Assembly (NCBI GenBank): GCA_045533905.1
Contig: JAZSIR010000006.1
Coordinates: 1-64,000, forward strand
Origin: Clostridia bacterium
Lineage (GTDB): Bacteria; Bacillota; Clostridia; UMGS1883; UMGS1540
Length of the DNA: 64,000 nt
Direction: 5' to 3'
Shown here: positions 24,223 through 34,015 of the stretch, one piece after another
Layout: the number at the start of each line of letters is the position of its first letter
Numbering within the stretch: the first letter of the stretch is position 1
Translations under genes and position numbers: made by a program
Notes under the pieces: model-generated
Told to the model about the DNA's origin: nothing
The model's input: the letters and a program-made list of their open reading frames with translations, nothing else
Database searches by the model: none

Positions 24223-25986
24223 ATGGACATTTTTATGATTTTAAGCCTTATTGGCGGTCTCGCATTATTCCTGTATGGTATGGATCTTATGGGCGACAGC
24301 CTCAAAAAGCTTGCCGGCGGCAAGATGGAATCCGTACTGGCGCGCCTTACTTCCACACGCCTTAAAGGCTTTCTTTTAGGTCTTGTGGTTACGGCCGTAA
24401 TCCAGTCCTCCTCCGCAACGACGGTTATGCTCGTTGGCTTTGTAAACTCGGGTCTTATGCGCCTTGGGCAAACGATTAGCATTATCATGGGCGCAAACAT
24501 CGGCACCACCGTCACGGCCTGGCTTTTAAGTACCGCCGAAATTGACGGCACGGCCATCTTTCTAAAGCTTTTAAAGCCGGAATCCTTCACGCCCGTTCTC
24601 GCGCTCATCGGTTTACTTATGACGATGATTGGCAAAACCGATAAAAAACGAAACACAGGGAATATGCTTCTCGGCTTTGCGATTTTGATGTTCGGTATGG
24701 ATATGATGAGCGGCGCGGTGGAAGCCCTTCGCGATAACCCCACCTTCACAAATCTTCTCACTATGTTCAAAAATCCCATTATGGGCATTTTGGTCGGCAC
24801 GATTTTTACCGCCATCATCCAGTCCTCCTCGGCTTCCATCGGTGTTTTGCAGGCGCTTGCGCTCTCCTGCGCGATCCCCTATTCTTCCGCTATTCCCGTA
24901 ATTCTCGGTATGAACATCGGCACCACGATTACGCCGATTATTTCTTCGATCAGCGGCAACACAGAATCGAAGCGCGTGGCGTTTTCGTGCCTGTACATTA
25001 AAATGATTGGCGTTGTCGTTGTCATTGCCGCCTTTTATCTGCTCCACCATTTCGTACCGTTCGCCTTTATGGCAGATGACGTGTATGCCTCGGCTTTCAG
25101 CATCGCCGTGGTGCATACGCTCTTCAATATTTTTTCCACCGTCATTCTCCTGCCGTTTTGCACCGCCTTTGAAAAGCTTGCCGTTCTCACAGTCCGCGGC
25201 AAAAAGGAAGAGACGGAAACCGATGCTTTTGCCATGCTGGACGACCGCTTCCTTCAGATGCCTGCCTTCGCTGTAGGAAAGTGTAAGGACCTTGTGGGCG
25301 AGATGGCGCGCATCTCGAAAGACGCATTTGACAAGGCCATCGGCCTTCTCTCGTCGTATGACGAAGCCGTATTTTCCGAAGTGGCCGCCCTTGAGAAAAA
25401 GGTGGACCTTTACGAGGATAAGACAAGCGGCTATCTTGTAAAAATTGCGGGAAGCAATATGTCCTCGAGCGACAGTAAGATGGTTTCTGAGCTTCTCCAC
25501 TGCGTCGGCGATATCGAAAGAATTTCTGACCACGCCTTGAATATTGCAGAAGCGGCAAACGAAATTTACACGAAAGAAATCCGTTTTTCCGAAAAGGCGA
25601 GAGCGGACCTCGAAGTTATCTCCGCCGCCGTTTCCGAAATTTTAGACCTTGCCATCGCATCGCTCGTGTATGAAAACATCACGCTTGCAAAAAATGTAGA
25701 ACCGCTCGAGCAGGTTATCGATAACTTAAAGCGCCAAATCAAAAACGGGCATATTTCGCGCCTTCGCACAGGCGATTGCACCATGGAGCTCGGCTTTATT
25801 CTTTCGGACCTTGTAACAAACCTCGAAAGAATTTCCGACCATTGCTCGAACATCGCCGTTTGCTTTATTGAGCTTTCAAACGATTCGTTTGAAACGCACG
25901 AATATTTAAGCCGCGTAAAATCGGGCGAGGAACCGGGCTTTGCCGAAATGCTCGAGGACTACGCGAAAAAATACGCACTTTCCTAA
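24223..25986 (+). CDS. Na+/Pi cotransporter family protein with PhoU domains
   Basis: Two QSSS/GxNIGTT repeats; DIERISDH and LERISDH motifs. Confidence 0.92.
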   Translation: MDIFMILSLIGGLALFLYGMDLMGDSLKKLAGGKMESVLARLTSTRLKGFLLGLVVTAVIQSSSATTVMLVGFVNSGLMRLGQTISIIMGANIGTTVTAWLLSTAEIDGTAIFLKLLKPESFTPVLALIGLLMTMIGKTDKKRNTGNMLLGFAILMFGMDMMSGAVEALRDNPTFTNLLTMFKNPIMGILVGTIFTAIIQSSSASIGVLQALALSCAIPYSSAIPVILGMNIGTTITPIISSISGNTESKRVAFSCLYIKMIGVVVVIAAFYLLHHFVPFAFMADDVYASAFSIAVVHTLFNIFSTVILLPFCTAFEKLAVLTVRGKKEETETDAFAMLDDRFLQMPAFAVGKCKDLVGEMARISKDAFDKAIGLLSSYDEAVFSEVAALEKKVDLYEDKTSGYLVKIAGSNMSSSDSKMVSELLHCVGDIERISDHALNIAEAANEIYTKEIRFSEKARADLEVISAAVSEILDLAIASLVYENITLAKNVEPLEQVIDNLKRQIKNGHISRLRTGDCTMELGFILSDLVTNLERISDHCSNIAVCFIELSNDSFETHEYLSRVKSGEEPGFAEMLEDYAKKYALS

Positions 25987-26084
25987 AGCTGTTTCCGGCA
26001 GAATTCGAATTTTTTTCGAATTCTGCCTTTTCCTTTACAAATAAAGGCTTCCGTGCTATAATGTCCTGTAAGGAGTGATACAAA

Positions 26085-27320
26085 ATGCAAGCAAAAAGCC
26101 TAAGAGGGGACCGCGAAAGCATTCTTCTTTTCTCGGTTGTATTTATCATGTACGTGCTTGTGTACATGACAAAAAACTGTTTTTCCGCCGCCATGGCCAC
26201 CATTGTAAATGAGGGAATTATGACAAAGTCGCAAACGGGGCTCATTTCCGCCGTTTTCTATCTCATTTATGCGCCGTTTCAGATTATCGGCGGTATCGCG
26301 GCCGATAAAATTTCGCCCGCGCGCCTTATCACCTTCGGTATTTTGGGTGCCGCCATCATAAACCTTCTCGTCTATTTTGCAAACAGCTACGTGGCGCTTC
26401 TCGTCCTTTGGGCGATTAACGCCGTGGTACAGTTTGGCATCTGGCCCGCTATCTTTAAAATCGTGGCAGGGCAGCTGGCAAAGCCATTTCGCAAAAAATG
26501 TATTTTCTACATAAGCCTTGCTTCTGTTACAGGTCTTCTCATAAGCTATATTTCCGCCGCCATCATCACAAATTGGAAAACGCATTTTCTTTTCTCCTCC
26601 ATCGTGCTCTTTTTTGCGGGTGCCCTCTTTTATGGCGGCTACCGCGCCGTAGAGCCGAAAATGCTCCCCGAAGAGAAAGAAGAATCCGCCTCCGCCGCCC
26701 CCGTAAAAAAGGGAAAGTGGCGTGCCATGCTTCTCTCGGGCCTTCCGCTTCTCCTTCTTTCCTACTGCATCCTCGGTGTTATGCAGCTTGGGATTAAAGC
26801 GCTTTTCCCCGTTATGATGATGGAATCGTACGAAGGGTTTCCGCCCGCACTCGCGAATCTTTCGAACACCATTCTCATTCTGGCTGCCCCCATCGGTGTC
26901 TTTTTAGGACGGCACCCCGTTTTCGCGAAGCGCTCGCCCGTCTTTATCATTTGCGCCGTATTTTCCGCTTCGCTCCTGTTCCTTTTCCCGTCTCTTTTTG
27001 TGGGCACGATTTCGCCCGCACTTCTTATTTTTGCTTTTTCTCTTTTTATGATGCTCGTCCAGCTTCTCACCGTATTTTTCCTGCAGCTTCCGCCGTTTTT
27101 CGCCCCGTATGGCTGCATGGCCACCGTTTCGGGCATTTTAAACTGCATGGCGGCGCTCGGCATTGTGATTTCGAATTACGGCTTTGCCCGCATTTCAGAG
27201 CTTTACGGTTGGGGTGCCACCACCCTCGGCTGGCTTCTTGCGGCGGCTCTCGGCGCAGCCCTTGCGCTCCTCGCGCTCCCATTTTGGCGAAGATTTACAA
27301 AAGAAACAAGGGAAAAATAA
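26085..27320 (+). CDS. MFS transporter
   Basis: About 12 TM segments; GGIAADKISPAR loop motif. Confidence 0.85.
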   Translation: MQAKSLRGDRESILLFSVVFIMYVLVYMTKNCFSAAMATIVNEGIMTKSQTGLISAVFYLIYAPFQIIGGIAADKISPARLITFGILGAAIINLLVYFANSYVALLVLWAINAVVQFGIWPAIFKIVAGQLAKPFRKKCIFYISLASVTGLLISYISAAIITNWKTHFLFSSIVLFFAGALFYGGYRAVEPKMLPEEKEESASAAPVKKGKWRAMLLSGLPLLLLSYCILGVMQLGIKALFPVMMMESYEGFPPALANLSNTILILAAPIGVFLGRHPVFAKRSPVFIICAVFSASLLFLFPSLFVGTISPALLIFAFSLFMMLVQLLTVFFLQLPPFFAPYGCMATVSGILNCMAALGIVISNYGFARISELYGWGATTLGWLLAAALGAALALLALPFWRRFTKETREK

Positions 27321-27399
27321 AAAATATAGCGAAAATAGTTGAAAAACACTACTATATATGGTATACTATAAATAAGTATAAGGAAAGGACGAGCTTTAT

Positions 27400-29214
27400 A
27401 TGAAAAGAAAACTGATTTCCATCCTTCTGGCAACCCTTTTAACACTGCCTATGGCACTTTCCGCCGTGGCCGCCACCTTCCCGGATGTTACCGAGGATTC
27501 CTTCTCCTGGGCCCTTGACGCTGTGGAGGAAATGGTGGAGGACGGCATCATCAAAGGCTATACCGACGGTACCTTCAAACCCGAAAAAACCGTTTCGAAG
27601 GTAGAGTCTTTAGTCCTCAGTGCCCGCATTTTAGGTTACACGAATGAGACGTTTGCTCCCTATACCGCATTCGCAAAAGAATTTTATGCGGATATTCTGG
27701 AAAAATATGAAACACCCTACCGGGGCGAGGTGGCATTCCTTCTTTACAAGGATGTCATTTCCGAGAAGGAGCTTTCCTTCTACATCGGCGGCGATAATGC
27801 CTCCGCCGGCATGAAGCGCTACGAGGTAGCAAAGCTTCTGACCCGCACCATGGGCGGCGAATCGAAGATTGACCTTGACGCTTCCACAAGCGAGTATGCT
27901 GACTCTTCCTCCATCCCCTCCGATGCAAAGCCGTACGTCCGCTTCGTGACGGACGAAGGGATTATGAACGGCGTGGGTGACGGCAAGTTCGGCCCGATGG
28001 AGGATGTAAACCGTGCGCAGATTGCCACGCTCCTCTACCGCATCCGCAAGAGCCTTTCTGAAACCTATGTGTACGGCACCGCCCGCGAGATTGACTCGGA
28101 GCTTGGCACCGTTTCCATCCTTCTGGCAGACGGCAAGGAAGAAATTATCACCCTTTCCGATAACGCCATCGTAAAGCAGGACGGTTACAGCGAGCCGCTT
28201 TCCCGCATCGCACCGGGCGCTGAAGTTCTCGCCACAATCCGCGGCGAATTCGCTTCCTCGCTTGACGCGATCTCCCACGAGCCCGACGAAGTTTTCGAGG
28301 GTGCCATCGCCTCGCTCAGCACAACCGGCGAAAAGAAGGAAATCGTAGTCCAGGCGATTGACGATGCCGATATCCAGAAGAATTTCGTTATCTCCGCCGA
28401 CGTGACCGTTTTATATGAAGGCCGCACCGCTTCGCTTTCTGATTTGAAGCGCGCCCAGGCCGTTACGGTGCATGTACGCGACGGCGAAGCTATCGTAATT
28501 GATGCACGCGAAAGCGAAAAGACCATAAAGGGTACGATTGAAAGCATTTCTCTCGAGCCGGTTCTTTCCTTCTCCATCCGCCTTACCAACGGCACGGTGG
28601 AAACCCACCCCGTTTCGGAAAAGGTAACGGCAAAGCGAAACAACACCGCAGTGGAAGCCAGCAAGATTTTAGTGGGCGACAAGGTTACCATCACGCTCCG
28701 CTATGACCTTATCGCAAACATCGTAGCCACAAGCTCGAAGTTCACCGCGCAGGGCACGATTGAAGAAATCACAATTGCAAAGCTTCCGTCTCTCAAGGTC
28801 CGCATCAACAATGCCATCACCACCTTCAGCCTCTCGCGCGACTGTGTGTACACGATTGACGGCAAGGACGGCGATATCTATGACCTCCGCCTCGGTGCCA
28901 ACATCACCGCAAGCGTAGACAGCGAGACGATTGTATCACTCACAAGCACCGCACCGGCAGAATCCTCCGCGATTACCGGTACGATTGAGAATATCAACGC
29001 TTCCTACGGTTTCTTCACGCTCGCCACAATGGACGGCGACCAGACAAAGACCATGCAGATCTTCACAAAGCGCTCGAACCTCAAGATTATCAACAGCGCT
29101 GACGGCGTAAGCAAGACCCCGCGTGACCTTAAAGCCGGTATGAATGTTTCCGTAACAGGTCTTATTACAAACGGAGCCTTCGAAGCAACTACTATAGTAA
29201 TATTCCCGAACTAA
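27400..29214 (+). CDS. SLH-domain cell-surface protein
   Basis: Signal peptide; FPDV, IKGYTDGTFKP, MNGVGDGKFGP, VNRAQ SLH motifs; repeated OB-like units. Confidence 0.88.
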   Translation: MKRKLISILLATLLTLPMALSAVAATFPDVTEDSFSWALDAVEEMVEDGIIKGYTDGTFKPEKTVSKVESLVLSARILGYTNETFAPYTAFAKEFYADILEKYETPYRGEVAFLLYKDVISEKELSFYIGGDNASAGMKRYEVAKLLTRTMGGESKIDLDASTSEYADSSSIPSDAKPYVRFVTDEGIMNGVGDGKFGPMEDVNRAQIATLLYRIRKSLSETYVYGTAREIDSELGTVSILLADGKEEIITLSDNAIVKQDGYSEPLSRIAPGAEVLATIRGEFASSLDAISHEPDEVFEGAIASLSTTGEKKEIVVQAIDDADIQKNFVISADVTVLYEGRTASLSDLKRAQAVTVHVRDGEAIVIDARESEKTIKGTIESISLEPVLSFSIRLTNGTVETHPVSEKVTAKRNNTAVEASKILVGDKVTITLRYDLIANIVATSSKFTAQGTIEEITIAKLPSLKVRINNAITTFSLSRDCVYTIDGKDGDIYDLRLGANITASVDSETIVSLTSTAPAESSAITGTIENINASYGFFTLATMDGDQTKTMQIFTKRSNLKIINSADGVSKTPRDLKAGMNVSVTGLITNGAFEATTIVIFPN

Positions 29215-29219
29215 AGAAA

Positions 29220-29543
29220 GGGATGTAAAAAAGGCGCACAGCGCAAAAAGGCAAGGGATTTAAAATTGTCTGGTTTGTGCGCCGACAAAAGAAAGCACAA
29301 ACGAGTAGGGACTCTCCAATTTGGAGAGTCCCTTTGTTTTATGCCTTTTTGCTACACGAAAACTTTGCCACTCGGCGGCGGGTGGAGAAAGGGGCCCCCG
29401 AAAAGCCTTGGCTTTTTGGGGAAGAGGAGAGGCAAGGAAGCAGAGCGGAGTGTTTTGCCGCCAAGGCAAAAACGGAGTGGGCGGACGCGGCTTCGACGAG
29501 TGCGCCCTGTGGGGGTGGTAGGGGTGTCACATAACACCCCTAC
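29220..29543 (+). repeat. mosaic of R1 (29220-29390), R2 (29391-29498) and R3 terminal hairpin (29500-29543)
   Basis: Each segment matches copies elsewhere in the window. Confidence 0.85.
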
Positions 29544-29662
29544 AAAAAGATAAGATTTCTAAAATACTGCACTTTACAAAAAAGAGAACGTGAAAACAAA
29601 ATGCACGCGCACACAAAAGGGACACTCTTTTGGAGTGTCCCTGTTTAATGCCCTGTTTGCGA

Positions 29663-30238
29663 CTATTCCGTCAGTTCGTCGAGCGATTTTCCGTACCCTT
29701 CGATGAATTTCTCAAAGAAAAGCTCCACCTCGGGCAGTTCCATCTTTAAAAGGGCGGCGCGGGTGCCTTCCTTGGCTCTTGCAAACTCGCGGTTGCCGCT
29801 TTTCTCCTCCTCTATACATTTTATGTACGCCGAAAGCTTGTCAGCCGCTTTTACAAGGCGGAGAAGCTCGTCGCGCTCAGGAGAGATAAGTCCTTCATAG
29901 TAGGGGCGCATCTCGGAAGGAAGGAGCGACAAAAGCTTCGCCTCCGTTTCCGCTTCGAGTAGTTTATACGCCTCGGAAAGGGTGGAGTTTTTGTATTTTA
30001 CGGGCGTTGGCATATCGCCCGTGATAATCTCGGGTGCATCGTGGTACAGGGCGAGAAGGGCCGCCTTTTCCGCGTCATACTTTTTGCCGAGGTAGGCATT
30101 GCCGATTACGGCAAGCCCGTGCGCGAGCATCGCCACTTCAAGCGTGTGCTCGCTTACGGATTCTGCGCGCGTGTTGCGCATCAGCGCCCAGCGGTCAATA
30201 TACTTCATACGGGATACGAGTGCAAAAAAGTTAGACAT
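29663..30238 (-). CDS. yfbR: 5'-deoxynucleotidase (HD domain)
   Basis: RMKYIDRWALMRN, ESVSEH, YHDAPEIITGDMPTPVKY. Confidence 0.9.
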   Translation of the reverse strand: MSNFFALVSRMKYIDRWALMRNTRAESVSEHTLEVAMLAHGLAVIGNAYLGKKYDAEKAALLALYHDAPEIITGDMPTPVKYKNSTLSEAYKLLEAETEAKLLSLLPSEMRPYYEGLISPERDELLRLVKAADKLSAYIKCIEEEKSGNREFARAKEGTRAALLKMELPEVELFFEKFIEGYGKSLDELTE

Positions 30239-31148
30239 TTCCCTTTTCTCCTTCCTCCAAAAGCGCATCGGGGAGCGTAAACTCCCGCCCGGCAATGCCA
30301 GAAAGTGCCGCCGCCTCGTCCGCAAAATCAAAGCGGACCTTGTAGGCGCAAAGCGCCTGCCCGCTGCCGCCTTTTCCATACTTCGGGTCGCCCACGAGGG
30401 GACAGCCGATAGAGGCAAGATGCACCCGTATCTGGTGTGACCTTCCTGAAAAAAGCTCAGCTTCGACGATGCTTTCCGCGCCAAGAACGCGAAGCGTTTT
30501 ATATCTCGTTTTCGCCGCTTTTCCACCTTCGCCGATGCGGCTGATGTTCGTTTTTTCATCTTTTATAAGGGCGCCCTCAATAACCCCTTCCCGCTTTTTC
30601 GGCACACCCGAAACGCGGCATAAATAGAGCTTTCTGACCTTGCCCTCGCGGATTTTTTGGTTCATCTCCCGCGCGCCCGAAAGCGTTTTTGCGCCGATGA
30701 CGATACCGCGCGTGTTAAAATCGAGGCGGTTGCAAAGCGCGGGCGTAAAGCTCGTTTCTTTGTCGGGCACAAATTCGCCCTTTTCGTACAGGTACCAAAT
30801 AAACCGGTCTCGAAGTGTGTCGGCCGTGTGCGCTTTGTCGGGCTGGGTAGCAAGAAGTGCCGGCTTATACAGAAGCGCTATGTGCGCATCCTCGTAAAGG
30901 ACCGTCACCTTCCCTGCGCGCGGCGGCGCATCCTTTTTCTGCGGCAGGAAGCTATCCTCCCCGAAATACTTGATTTCATCGCCCGCCGAAAGCCTGGTTT
31001 CGGGCTTCGGCTTTTTCCCGTTTACCTTGATTTTCCCCGTCCGCATATATTTATAGAGAAGACTTTTGGGAAGCGTGGGGAGGGCTTTGGCAAAAAACGC
31101 GTCTACACGGCGACCGTCCTCGTTTTTGCCTGCAACAAAAACTCTCAC
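30231..31148 (-). CDS. RluA-family pseudouridine synthase with S4 domain
   Basis: KP motif, NRLDFNTRG, GRSHQIRVH, GDPKYG; GTG start overlapping the upstream stop. Confidence 0.9.
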   Translation of the reverse strand: MRVFVAGKNEDGRRVDAFFAKALPTLPKSLLYKYMRTGKIKVNGKKPKPETRLSAGDEIKYFGEDSFLPQKKDAPPRAGKVTVLYEDAHIALLYKPALLATQPDKAHTADTLRDRFIWYLYEKGEFVPDKETSFTPALCNRLDFNTRGIVIGAKTLSGAREMNQKIREGKVRKLYLCRVSGVPKKREGVIEGALIKDEKTNISRIGEGGKAAKTRYKTLRVLGAESIVEAELFSGRSHQIRVHLASIGCPLVGDPKYGKGGSGQALCAYKVRFDFADEAAALSGIAGREFTLPDALLEEGEKGNV

Positions 31149-31942
31149 GCCGGCGGCAGATCCCCGACACCCGGAAGAATATAGCTCGGCCGGTAGGCAC
31201 ATTCCATAAGCTCGCGCTCACCCGTCACGCCGCTTAAAACCAGCACCGTGTCAATCTCCGTCTGCACGCCCGAGAGAATGTCCGTATCCATTCTGTCGCC
31301 GATAATCGCCGTATCGGCGCGGCATGTGCCGAGCTTTTTCATAGCATGACGCATAATGATGGGGTTCGGTTTCCCGATAAAATAGGCACTTCTGCCTGTG
31401 GCAAGCTCAATCGGCGCCACAAGCGAGCGGCAGGCAGGCGCAATGCCGGCCTCGACGGGGCCCGTAAGGTCCGTATTTGTGCCGATGAGGCGTGCGCCGC
31501 CGAGAACGAGGCGGATGGCCTTTTCAATTTTCTCATAGCTGTAAGAGCGGCTTTCGCCCACGACTACGTAATCGGGATTATAATCGTTCATATAAATGCC
31601 GGCGTCATACAGTGCGCCCGTAAGGCCGGGTTCGCCGATAACGTAGGCACTGCCGCCGGGGCACTGGCCGGCTAAAAACGAGGCCGTAGCGAGGGCACTC
31701 GTATAAAAATGCTCCTCCCCGATGGAAAGCCCGAGGCGCGAAAGCTTTTCGGAAAGCTCGCGGGGCGAGCGCTCACTGCTGTTGGTTAAAAAGAGGAACT
31801 CCTTCTCTTCCTTCGCAATCCAGGAGAGAAACTTCTCCACGCCGGGAAGAAGCTTGGTGCCGTGGTAGATAACACCATCCATATCGCATATAAAGCCTTT
31901 TTTTGCGCGGAGCTTTTCGATGTCCTTCGAAATTTCAATCAT
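31145..31942 (-). CDS. HAD-IIA hydrolase (NagD-like)
   Basis: DMDGV, LTNSS, GKPN, GDRMDTDI motifs. Confidence 0.92.
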   Translation of the reverse strand: MIEISKDIEKLRAKKGFICDMDGVIYHGTKLLPGVEKFLSWIAKEEKEFLFLTNSSERSPRELSEKLSRLGLSIGEEHFYTSALATASFLAGQCPGGSAYVIGEPGLTGALYDAGIYMNDYNPDYVVVGESRSYSYEKIEKAIRLVLGGARLIGTNTDLTGPVEAGIAPACRSLVAPIELATGRSAYFIGKPNPIIMRHAMKKLGTCRADTAIIGDRMDTDILSGVQTEIDTVLVLSGVTGERELMECAYRPSYILPGVGDLPPA

Positions 31943-31956
31943 ATTTTTTCTCCTTT

Positions 31957-32961
31957 TTACAGAAAAAGTGTTTTTTCTCCGTCCGTTACATATACGGGCC
32001 CGTCGGTGTGGCCAAGTTGCAGCCGCACGCCGTATTTTTCTGCAAGATATATAAAGTTTTCCCGTTTTTGCCCGAGTACACACGAAATCCTTTGTTTCGG
32101 GCAGAAAACTGTAATTTCTTTACCGCCGAGTTCGCCCATCGCGCTCTCGAGCTTTGCGCGCCAGCGTCTTGCACGCACCATTTCGCCGATTGCGGGGTGA
32201 TACGCCCCTGCCGCGATTTTTGCCTCGAGCGTTTCCGTCTGCATAAGCCCGATGCGGATGACGTCTACGCCCCCGTCCTCCAAAACAGAGAGGGCGGCCG
32301 CGGCACGCTCCACCGTGTCAGAAAGTGTGGGCGGCGTATACGCGCCGCTTTTTGCGGCTTCGTATAAAGCGGTATCATAAAACACAACCGTCGGATAAAT
32401 CCGCGCGCACGCGGCGCCAAGTCGCACAAATTCCTCTGCGGTGTAGATTTCTTTTTCTTTTGTGGAAGAGGGAAGCCCCGTCATCATCTGAAGCCCGAGC
32501 GAAAGCCCGCCTTCCAGAATACACGCGGCCGCGCGGCGTGTATCCTCCGCAGTATGCCCGCGGCGCGTTTCCGCCAGCACCTCGTCATCCATCGACTGGG
32601 CGCCGAGCTCCACCGTTTTTACCCCAAGTTCCCGCAAAAACCGAACGGTTTCGCCATCTATTAGGTCAGGCCTTGTGGAAATGCGGATGCTTTCCACCGT
32701 GCCCGCCGAAAGAAACGGCTGCACGGCTTCGAGGTAGGCTGTCTGCTCCTTTTTGGGAATCCCCGTGAAGCTACCGCCGAAAAAGGCGACCTCCGCATCC
32801 CTTCCGTTTGCCGTTGCCAGGCTTTCCCGTATGGAAAAAGCGACGCTTTCGGGTGAAGGCGCCGCCTCTTTGTTCGTTACAGACCGTTGACTGCAGAAGG
32901 CGCAAGCATGTGTGCACCCGAGGTGCGGAATGAATATGGGGATATTCATATGCTTTTTCAT
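31957..32961 (-). CDS. radical SAM protein (Elp3-like)
   Basis: CTHACAFC, FFGGSFT, STRPD; conserved position after rnc. Confidence 0.88.
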   Translation of the reverse strand: MKKHMNIPIFIPHLGCTHACAFCSQRSVTNKEAAPSPESVAFSIRESLATANGRDAEVAFFGGSFTGIPKKEQTAYLEAVQPFLSAGTVESIRISTRPDLIDGETVRFLRELGVKTVELGAQSMDDEVLAETRRGHTAEDTRRAAACILEGGLSLGLQMMTGLPSSTKEKEIYTAEEFVRLGAACARIYPTVVFYDTALYEAAKSGAYTPPTLSDTVERAAAALSVLEDGGVDVIRIGLMQTETLEAKIAAGAYHPAIGEMVRARRWRAKLESAMGELGGKEITVFCPKQRISCVLGQKRENFIYLAEKYGVRLQLGHTDGPVYVTDGEKTLFL

Positions 32962-33629
32962 TTCTTCCCCCCGAGCGCTTCCCGCGCCGCATTTTGTTCC
33001 GCTTCCTTTTTCGTTCTGCCGCTTCCCGTACCGAGACATTCCTCGCCACGGAAGACGGAAACGGTAAATTCCTTATGATGGTCGGGCCCCGATTCGCCCG
33101 TTACGCGGTACGAAATCGGCTCGCTCCCTTTACTTTGCCATTTTTCCTGCAGCGCCGTCTTATAATCGCGCGCGGCACCGCCACGGATGGCTTCCTCAAT
33201 CGTTTCGGCAAGAAACGAAAGCACAAATGCACGGGCACATTCCCGCCCGCCGTCCAGATACAAAGCGGCGATAATCGCCTCCATCGCATCCGCAAGCAGT
33301 GAGGAACGCGTAGAGCCGCCCGATGCGGCTTCCCCGCGGCCGAGCCGCAGGTATTCGCCGATGCCGAGGGCCGCCGCGTGTGCCGAAAGCGCCTTTTCCG
33401 AAACGGAAGCTGCGCGCACCCGCGTCATTTCCCCTTCGCTGATTTTGGGCGTGCGCGCGAAAAGATAATCGCTCACAATATTCCCCAGAACGGAATCGCC
33501 CAAAAACTCAAGCCGCTCGTTCGATGCGACGTGGTTTTCGTTTGCAAAGGAGCTGTGGGTAAGCGCCTCCGAAAGGAGCGCGGCATCACGGAACGTATGC
33601 CCTAAAATTTCGGAAAGGCTTTTATGCAT
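32958..33629 (-). CDS. rnc: ribonuclease III
   Basis: [12 protein letters not shown] signature plus dsRBD. Confidence 0.97.
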   Translation of the reverse strand: MHKSLSEILGHTFRDAALLSEALTHSSFANENHVASNERLEFLGDSVLGNIVSDYLFARTPKISEGEMTRVRAASVSEKALSAHAAALGIGEYLRLGRGEAASGGSTRSSLLADAMEAIIAALYLDGGRECARAFVLSFLAETIEEAIRGGAARDYKTALQEKWQSKGSEPISYRVTGESGPDHHKEFTVSVFRGEECLGTGSGRTKKEAEQNAAREALGGKK

Positions 33630-33849
33630 TGGCTTTGATGTAGGCTACCACATCGCCGACGGTTCGGATATTTTCCGCTTCCTCGTCAGAAATGGAGAGG
33701 GAAAATTCATCTTCAAAGGACATAATAAGTTCTACAATATCGAGAGAGTCTGCACCGAGGGTGTCGATAAAAGCATCGCTTTCCGAGATGCTTTCTGCAT
33801 CAATGCCAAGCTGATCTGCAATAATTTCTGCTACTTTTTCAAATACCAT
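33622..33849 (-). CDS. acpP: acyl carrier protein
   Basis: [11 protein letters not shown] motif. Confidence 0.95.
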   Translation of the reverse strand: MVFEKVAEIIADQLGIDAESISESDAFIDTLGADSLDIVELIMSFEDEFSLSISDEEAENIRTVGDVVAYIKANA

Positions 33850-34015
33850 TTTCGTATTCCTTTCTTTGTTCCATATTTTGCCACACGTAGTAGTCAATAC
33901 CATTATAGAGGATTGCTTTGAAAATTGCAAGGGTTTTTGTTGTATTTTTCCCAAATTTACTGTATAATAAAAATAGGAAAAATTTCCGCATCTGTTTACT
34001 TTGGGAGAAACGAAA

